A program made the translations under genes and the position numbers. From an uncultured delta proteobacterium (lineage in GTDB: Bacteria > Myxococcota > Myxococcia > Myxococcales > Myxococcaceae), in assembly GCA_963771175.1 (NCBI GenBank), contig CAVYSY010000038.1, positions 1 to 64,000 of the forward strand: a stretch of DNA of 64,000 bases, given 5' to 3'. Every line of letters starts with the position of its first letter. Position 1 is the first letter of the stretch. Shown here piece after piece: positions 57,055 to 64,000 of this stretch. Below the pieces are notes generated by a model. That model was not told the origin of the DNA, did no database searches, and saw nothing but the letters and a program-made list of their open reading frames with translations.

Positions 57055-59215
57055 CTACGGCCCCCGAAGCGGCAGCTTCCGGTACTCCTCCTTCAGCGCC
57101 TCGGGAGAGGCCGCGAGCCGAGCCGCCACCCGCGTCGCCTCCGCGGGCGGGAGCCGGCCGAGCACGCTGCGCTCCAGGTGCTGCTCGATGAAGCCCTGGT
57201 CGTGCGCGCACCCGCACGTCCACCAGCCGCCCCTTCCGCGTCCAGCACCGGCACCAGCCGCGGGCGAGATCAGCAAGATGCTCCGCGGGCACGTTGACCG
57301 CCTTCACGCGCGCCACCACCTCGTCGCGCAGCTTCGGGTCGAACTTCACGCCCTTCTCCTGCACCAGCGTCCGGATGCCCGCGTAGTCGCCGGTGGCCTT
57401 GATGACCATCAGCTTCGCGAGCAGCTCGCCCACCGCCTCGCGCATCTTCGGGTAATCCTCCACCACCCAGTAGGTGCGCCCGGTCGCCCTCCGTCACCTG
57501 CTTCACCGCGCCCTTCTCGATGCAGGTAGCTCACCGTCATGTGGTGGCCGCCGCTGGTGGTCCTCCTCGAAGCTCGTCGCCCTTCTCCACGCTGGCGAGG
57601 TTGGTCAGCCCCTCGACCAGGAAGTCGCGGTACATCTGCCTCGGCGATGCGCTCGTGGTCCGGCGTCAGCTCGGCCAGCGACGGGTCGAAGGCGTGCCAG
57701 AGCGCCACCAGGTCCGCGCGCGCCTCCTCCAGCGTGTTGTCGTACTCCTTCAGGTAGCGTCGAGGGCTCGCCCTCCAGCTTCGGGTCCACCTGCCCCGAG
57801 CGCGTGGCCCATCACCTCGTGGAAGGCCACCAGCCACTTGCGCGCGGTGGCGGAGTACCTGCGCGCCCGCTCGCGCTCCTCGGCGCGTGCGGGAGAACTC
57901 GATGCGCCAGCGGCAGCCGCTTCAGCGCCGCGCGCGGTCTCCATCGACGTTGCGCCACCAGCACGCTCTTGCTGCCGTACTTCTCGCGGATGTGCCTGCT
58001 CGTTGGGCAGGTTGATGCCCGCCGGCGGCTGCGGGTGGCTCGTCGACCAGGTTGATGGCCTTGGCCACCGGCTGCGCCACCTTCTTGCGGCGGTACTGCT
58101 CCGGCCAGGGCATCCGGTCCTCGAAGTACTGCGCCCGCTGGGCGATGAGCTCCATCACCTGGTTCTCGTGCGGCGTCCCGGTAGTTGACGAGCGCCTCCC
58201 ACTGCCCCTTCTGCCCGCGCGCGTCCACGTACGTCTCGATGAAGCCGATGTTCGCGTCCACCGTCGGGTCGGCCTTCAGCCAGGCGATGTTGTAGGCGTC
58301 CCAGTCCTTCAGGTCGCCCGGTCTGGAAGTAGCGTACCAGCTTCTCGAGCGCGGCCTTCTGGTCCTTCGGCGCGCGCTTCGCCGCCTCGCCCAGGTGGGC
58401 GATCACCCGCGAGAGCTCCTGCGCGTAGAGCCCCGCGAGCCACCTTCCCGTCCGGCGTGCCGGCGCGGAACACCTGCTCCACCAGCTTCCCGTCCACCTT
58501 CACCACGCGCGAGTTGAGCGGGTTCTTCTCCTCGAAGCCCTCCAGGTCCTCCAGCGTCACGTCCCGGCCGTAGGCGGTGTTCGCCGAGGCGGTGAGGAGG
58601 TCCTGGCCCGCCGGCGGCGTCTTCGAGGTGAGCTGCGGCTCGTAGCTCGGCGTCGAAGAGCGTGGGCCGCAGCTCGCGCGAGCCAGGCCTCGAGCGCCGC
58701 CTCGTCCTTCACGCCGAACGGGGCGCCGGCCTTCAGCGCGCCGCAGCGCCGCGGCCTCCAGCTCGGCTCGGGGTGAAGGCGGGGACGAACTTCTGGCTGG
58801 TCACCTGGTCGTGGTTGCCGTGCTGGCCGTAGAAGCGCGCGAGGTAGCTCGCGTCAGCTTCTGCGTCGAAGCGAGCCGGGCTCCGCCGCCGCCCTCGCAG
58901 ACCGAAGAGGTAGACGCCCTCCAGCAGCCGCTTGAGGGCGACCGTGTCCCAGCCGAGCTGGTCGTAGGCGATCTCCTCGCCCGCGTGCGCCGCGAGCGTG
59001 AGGTGCCAGGCCACGCGCTTCTCGTCCCTGGACAGCGCGGGCACGCCCGGCGCGTACATGCGGACGATGGCCTCATGACCGAGCCTCGACACGAAGAAGG
59101 ACGGCCCGGTGGGCGCGGGCGTTGCCTTGGCCGCCGGAGTGCTCGGAAGCGGAGACGGGGAGGGCTTCGCCTGCGGAGTAGCGGCGAGTGCCGCCGCCAG
59201 GAAGAGGGCTTTCAC
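57055..59215 (-). CDS. Peptidase M49 (dipeptidyl-peptidase III-like), secreted (many frameshifts)
   Basis: HGNHD, GFIETY.D.RG.K..WE, G.NLPN, HEVMGH, LEEARADLVAL, IKATGDY. Confidence 0.82.
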
Positions 59216-59301
59216 GGGGGCTCCGGGGAACGTTCAGTGGCGCCACGGTTAGCACCCGAGGGCCTCTGCCACCAGCGGCGGGGCGTGCTAACCCTTCGGG
59301 G

Positions 59302-60135
59302 ATGACCACCCTTCCGCCTCCCGTCCGGGGATTCGCCGAGGTGAACGGAGCTCGCCTGCATTACGAGCTCCAGGGTGTCGGCTTCCCGGTCGTGTTGCTC
59401 CATGGCGGCCTGCTCGACCTGCGCATGTGGGACGGCCAGGTCGGACCGTTCTCGAAACACTTCACCACCCTCCGCTACGACCTGCGCGGCTTCGGTCAGA
59501 CGCAGGCCCCTGTCGGACAGCCCTCCGCTCCGCACGAGGACCTGCGAGCCCTGCTCGACCACTTCTCGATGGACCGCGTCCACGTCGTCGGCCACTCGCT
59601 CGGCGGACGCTTCGCGCTCGACTTCGCCCTGGCCTTCCCCGAGCGCGTCTCCTGTCTCGTTCTCGTCGCTCCCGGCATCAACGGCTCGCCCCCCTCACCC
59701 GAGGAGTACTCCTGGTTCGCGTCCCTCCTGGGCTCGGGAAGGGAGAAGGATCCCCAGGCCCTCCTCGAAGCGTGGCTCGGGAGCGACTACCTCGCCGCCG
59801 CCATGGCCCGTCCCGAGCTGGCTCCCATGGTGCGGCAGTGGACACTCGACAACCTGCCGGGCCTGAGACCCGGCGCCAACCTCCCCCAGGCCCTGCAACC
59901 CTCGGCCTACACCCGGCTCGAGCAGCTCGCCCCGCCCACGCTCCTCGTGGTGGGGGACAAGGACAACCCCGCCATGCTGAAGAACGCGGAGGTGCTGGCG
60001 CGGCGCGTGCCCACCCTCACTCGCGTCACCCTCCCGGGCGTGGGACACCTGCCCAACCTGGAGCGTCCCGAGGACTTCAACCGTGCCGTCCTCGACTTCC
60101 TCGACGAGCAGGGGCTAGCTGCCGGGCAACCCTGA
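59302..60135 (+). CDS. Alpha/beta fold hydrolase
   Basis: LLHG, YDLRGFG, GHSLGG nucleophile elbow, G.KD, GHLPNLE.P. Confidence 0.92.
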   Translation: MTTLPPPVRGFAEVNGARLHYELQGVGFPVVLLHGGLLDLRMWDGQVGPFSKHFTTLRYDLRGFGQTQAPVGQPSAPHEDLRALLDHFSMDRVHVVGHSLGGRFALDFALAFPERVSCLVLVAPGINGSPPSPEEYSWFASLLGSGREKDPQALLEAWLGSDYLAAAMARPELAPMVRQWTLDNLPGLRPGANLPQALQPSAYTRLEQLAPPTLLVVGDKDNPAMLKNAEVLARRVPTLTRVTLPGVGHLPNLERPEDFNRAVLDFLDEQGLAAGQP

Positions 60136-60219
60136 CCGCCCGGGGGCCCTATCGCGTGGGAAACGCCTTCTCCTACGATCCGGGTGGGCCCCGCGGCCCT
60201 CCCGCTCAGGAGCAGTCCC

Positions 60220-61576
60220 ATGCCGACCTCCCGCCGAAACTCCGCAGGATTCCGCCTTCCCGTGCTCGCACTGGCCGGATGGCTCACCGCCAGTGTCCTC
60301 GCCTGCGAGGGCCCACAAGGACCCGAAGGTCCCCAGGGCCCAGCCGGAACCGCCGGCACCGCCGGACAGGACGGCATCCCCAAGCCCGTGCGCCTCCTGG
60401 ACGACAAGGTCGGGCGCTGGCTCCCGGAGAACCGGACGCGGATCAACGAGATGGTTCAAACCCTGGGCATCGCCAGCCCGACGTTCGACCCGAGGAACCG
60501 TCCCGTGGCCGTGTTCGACTGGGACAACACCGTCGTGAAGAACGACCTGGGAGACGCTACCTTCTTCTGGATGGTCCGGCACGACAAGGTGCGCCAGCCG
60601 CTCGACAAGGACTGGAGCACCACCAGCAACCATCTCACCCCCGAGGCCCGAGCGGCCCTCAACACCGCCTGTGACGCCGCCGCGAACCCCGGCGAGCCCC
60701 TCCAGACGAGCCTCCACACGGAGTGCGCGAACGAGCTCGTCAGCATCTACAACCAGGGCAAGACGCGGGCGGGCCAGTCGGCCTGGAGCACTCCCATCAC
60801 CCTGACCCTCAACACCGCCTATGCCTGGGTGGCCCAGCTCCAGGCCGGCTACACCCCCGAGGACATCCGCGCCTTCGCTCGGGCCGCCTACGCGGAGAAC
60901 GCCTACAACCCGCCGGGCACCACGCAGACCGTGGGCACCACCACCGGGCTCGCCTACCACGTCCAGGTCTACGAGGAGATGGTCGACCTCATCGAGACGC
61001 TGCAGGCCAACGGCTTCGACGTCTGGGTCGTCACCGCCTCGCCCCAGTTCGTCATCGACGCCGTCTCCGAGGAGCTGGTCGGCATCAAGCCCAACCGGGT
61101 GATTGGCATCCGGCCGATGACGGACGCGCAGGGACGTGTGACGCCTCGGCTCCAGGGCTGTGGCTCCGTGGCCGATGGAGCGGACACGCTCATCACCTAC
61201 GACCAGGGCAAGCGCTGCTGGATCAACAAGGTCATCTTCCACCAGCCCACCGAGCAGCAACTGGCCCGCCAGTCGGAGGCGAGCAAGCGGCCAGGTCTTC
61301 GCGGCCGGGGACTCGGACACGGACATCGCCTTCGTCCAGGACGCCACGCACCTCAAGCTGGCCATCAACCGCAACAAGGTGCAGCTCATGTGCAACGCCT
61401 ACGCGAACCACGAGGGCCGGTGGCTGGTGCAGCCCATGTTCGTCCAGCCTCGCGCCAAGGCGACGGCCAACTATCCCTGCACCACCGCGGTGGACGCGGC
61501 CGGGCAGCCCATCACCAACGAGGCGGGCCTCCGGTTCACCCAGGACTACGAGGACCGGGTCTACGCCCTGCCGTAG
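60220..61576 (+). CDS. HAD-superfamily hydrolase lipoprotein with short collagen-like segment (frameshift ~61291)
   Basis: VLAC lipobox; (G-X-Y)7; FDWDNT, VVTAS, GK, AGDSDTD. Confidence 0.85.
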
Positions 61577-61577
61577 C

Positions 61578-61979
61578 TCAGGCCACGAGGTTCACGTCCC
61601 CGGGCAGCCCGAGGTGCCTGCGGACCACGGCCGAGAGCGCGTCGATGGAGATGGGCTTGCGCACGAACTCGGAAACGCCGGCCTTGAGGGCCTTCGCCTC
61701 GAGGTCCGGCGCCTTGCCGCCGGTGAGCAGCACCACCGGCATCTGGCGCACCCTCTCCCCCTCGTTCGCGCGCACCCGGCGCACGAACTCCAGGCCATCC
61801 ATCCCGCCTGGCATGTTGAAGTCCGCGATGACGAGGTCCACGGGGTGCGTCTCCAGCAGCCGCAACCCCTGCTCGGCCCGAGCCGCATCGAGGAAGTTCA
61901 GATTCAGCTTCATCAGGTAGATCTTGATGATGTGCCGGATGGTGTTGCTGTCCTCGACGAGCAGCACGGTGCGTTTCAT
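61578..61979 (-). CDS. Single-domain response regulator (CheY-like)
   Basis: LLVEDS, D..MP.MDG, LT, KP. Confidence 0.92.
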   Translation of the reverse strand: MKRTVLLVEDSNTIRHIIKIYLMKLNLNFLDAARAEQGLRLLETHPVDLVIADFNMPGGMDGLEFVRRVRANEGERVRQMPVVLLTGGKAPDLEAKALKAGVSEFVRKPISIDALSAVVRRHLGLPGDVNLVA

Positions 61980-62160
61980 GAAAGCCCCCGCATTTGAAAG
62001 GATTCATTCCATTCCTTGGAAGTCACGGCGCCACCACCCGCAGTGGCCAGGAGCCGTTGGGGCGATGAGGAGTGAACAGAACGGGAGTGGGGCTGTGCAG
62101 CGCCCGATACTCGGGAGTCCCGCTCTCGCACCGCAGTCGGATTGACTCCCCGTCCTCCGG

Positions 62161-63927
62161 TCACGAAGAGAGGCCAGCCCCCTCCTCGGTCCAGGAGTAG
62201 GCGGATGTGCGGCGCGCTCGGCGGAAGTGGCGCCGCAGGTCGGACAGCGGGAGGGTGTTGAGCACATCCTCCGCCTCCAGCCAGCCCCGCCGCGCCACCC
62301 AGACGCCGTAGCGCAGGTTCTCCAGGTGGCGCGCGTTGTGCGAGTCACTCGAGATGACGAGCTTCACCCCCGCCTCCTTCGCCATGCGGCACGCCTGGTC
62401 CGTCAGGTCCAACCGCTCCGGCTGCGCGTTCACCTCCAGCGCCACGCCCTCCTCGCGAGCCACCTCCAGCACCCGCGCCAGGTCGAAGGGGTACGGGTCC
62501 CTGCTCCCGATGAGCCGCCCGCTCGGGTGCCCCAGCACGTGGACGAGCCCGCTGCGCAGCGCGCGCTCGATGCGCTCGGTCATCTCCTCCGAGGACATGT
62601 TGAAGCGCGAGTGGACGCTGGCCACCACGCAGTCCAGTTCCGCCAGCACGTCGGGGGCGAGGTCCAGCGAGCCGTCGGGGAGGATGTCCACCTCGATGCC
62701 GGTCAGCAGGCGGGGCCGTCCCCGCAGCTCGCGGTCCATCCAGCGGATGAAGTCGATGTGCTCCAGGAGGCGCGCCTCGTTCAGCCCCAGGGGCCGAGAG
62801 CGCGAGTGGTCCGTGATGGCCAGGTAGCCGCGCCCGAAGCCCCTCGCGGCCGAGGCCAACTCCAGCAGGGAGCTGGTCGCGTCCGACGATGCGTCCGAGT
62901 GGACGTGCAGGTCTCCCCGAGGGTCATCCTCCTCGATGAGGTCGGGGAGCTGGCCGGCCTCCGCGGCCTCGAGTTCGCCCAGGCCCTCGCGCAGCTCGGG
63001 GGGAATCCACGGCAGGCCCACGGCGCGGAAGACGTCCTCCTCGCGCTCGCCGGCGATGCGGCGCCCCTTCGCATCGAAGACGCCGTACTCGCTCACCTTG
63101 AGCCCCCTCCGCACCGCGCGCGTGCGCAGGGCGATGTTGTGGGCCTTGCTGCCGGTGAAGTAGTGGAGCGCGGCGCCGAAGGACTCGGGGAGGAGGACGC
63201 GCAGGTCCACCTGCAACCCCACGCGCAGGCGCACCGTGACTTTCGTCGGCCCCCGCGCGAGCACCGTGTCCACCTCGGGCAGCTTGGGGAAGGCGCGCAC
63301 CACGCGCTCGGGGTCGGTCGAGGACACCAGCAGGTCCACGTCCCCCACCGTCTCCTTGTGCCGCCGCAGGCTGCCAGCGGCGATGGCCTGCTTCACGCCC
63401 GGAATCCCGCGCAGCCCCTCCACGAGGGTCTCGGCGTACGGGATGGCGCGGTGGAGCGGGACGCGGCCCTGGCGGGACCGGTAGCGGCGGATGGCCGAGG
63501 CGATGGCCTCCGAGCGTTTGGAACCCATGCGCGGGAGCTCGGACAGGCGGCCACTGAGCGCGGCCTCCTCCAGTGCATCGATGGAGGTGATGCCCAGGTT
63601 CGTCCACACCTGCGCGGCCGTCTTGGGGCCCACGCTCTCGACGCGGAGCAGCTCCATGACGCCGGGAGGAACCTTGCCGCGCAGCTGCTCCAGCGCGTCA
63701 CAGGTGCCCGTCTCCACGAGCTGGGCAATGCGCTCCGCCGTGTGCGCCCCGATGCCGGGCAGGCCAGCGAGCTCGCCCTTCCGAGCCAGCTCGGCGACGG
63801 GGACGGGGAGCGTGTCCACCACCTGCGCCGCGCGCCGGTACGCGCGAACCTTGAAGGGATTCTCGTTCGTGAGCTCCAGGAGGTCGGCGATCTCCCCGAG
63901 CATGGCCACGACTTCGGCGTTCTCCAT
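62161..63927 (-). CDS. polX: DNA polymerase X / PHP 3'-5' exonuclease
   Basis: ENPFKVRAYRRAA, AGSLRR.KETVGDVD, QVDLR, YFTGSK.HN, GDLHVHS, ITDHS, SDSH. Confidence 0.95.
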   Translation of the reverse strand: MENAEVVAMLGEIADLLELTNENPFKVRAYRRAAQVVDTLPVPVAELARKGELAGLPGIGAHTAERIAQLVETGTCDALEQLRGKVPPGVMELLRVESVGPKTAAQVWTNLGITSIDALEEAALSGRLSELPRMGSKRSEAIASAIRRYRSRQGRVPLHRAIPYAETLVEGLRGIPGVKQAIAAGSLRRHKETVGDVDLLVSSTDPERVVRAFPKLPEVDTVLARGPTKVTVRLRVGLQVDLRVLLPESFGAALHYFTGSKAHNIALRTRAVRRGLKVSEYGVFDAKGRRIAGEREEDVFRAVGLPWIPPELREGLGELEAAEAGQLPDLIEEDDPRGDLHVHSDASSDATSSLLELASAARGFGRGYLAITDHSRSRPLGLNEARLLEHIDFIRWMDRELRGRPRLLTGIEVDILPDGSLDLAPDVLAELDCVVASVHSRFNMSSEEMTERIERALRSGLVHVLGHPSGRLIGSRDPYPFDLARVLEVAREEGVALEVNAQPERLDLTDQACRMAKEAGVKLVISSDSHNARHLENLRYGVWVARRGWLEAEDVLNTLPLSDLRRHFRRARRTSAYSWTEEGAGLSS

Positions 63928-64000
63928 GGCGCTCCTCCCCGGTGGGCCCTCCGATTCAATGTCGGTCGGCCTACCGAGGAAGGGGTACAGGGCAGTCCCG

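Noticed and set aside
57055..59215. M49 peptidase as a decayed gene
   Set aside because: Same indel pattern with the HEVMGH and EE.RAD motifs preserved; probably a low-quality consensus stretch.
62161..63927. PolX as part of an NHEJ or prophage module
   Set aside because: No Ku, LigD or phage genes within the window; ordinary PolX-PHP.

Overview
GC-rich window that looks myxobacterial (Myxococcales; Archangium/Cystobacter-like is my inference from the gene families: AgmX-type GYF protein, SitA6/SitI6 pairs, DUF2381, STAND kinase). It holds about 50 CDS. Many carry single-base frameshifts that look like long-read consensus errors, densest at 24.0-26.9 kb and 57.1-59.0 kb. Highlights: (1) a 4-copy, ~1.31-kb tandem array (6836-12005, minus strand) of a small secreted HH..H..WH putative nuclease toxin plus a double-CxxC partner that aligns by eye to the SitI6 immunity proteins in this window; the toxin has no canonical lipobox and each unit has its own promoter-like motif; (2) a 2-copy SitA6/SitI6 tandem with diverged toxin tips; (3) a translationally coupled operon of two MenA/UbiA-like prenyltransferases, an unknown protein and a lycopene-cyclase-like membrane protein; (4) a sigma54-promoter-driven ECF sigma plus enhancer-binding-protein operon, divergent from a STAND Ser/Thr kinase and convergent on RCC1/repeat secreted proteins; (5) a lone RebB-like gene, a YqhH/YqhG-like SNF2 pair and a lower-GC DUF2381 island. 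I saw no rRNA, tRNA, CRISPR array, integrase or transposase. Family names come from motif recognition, not database searches.
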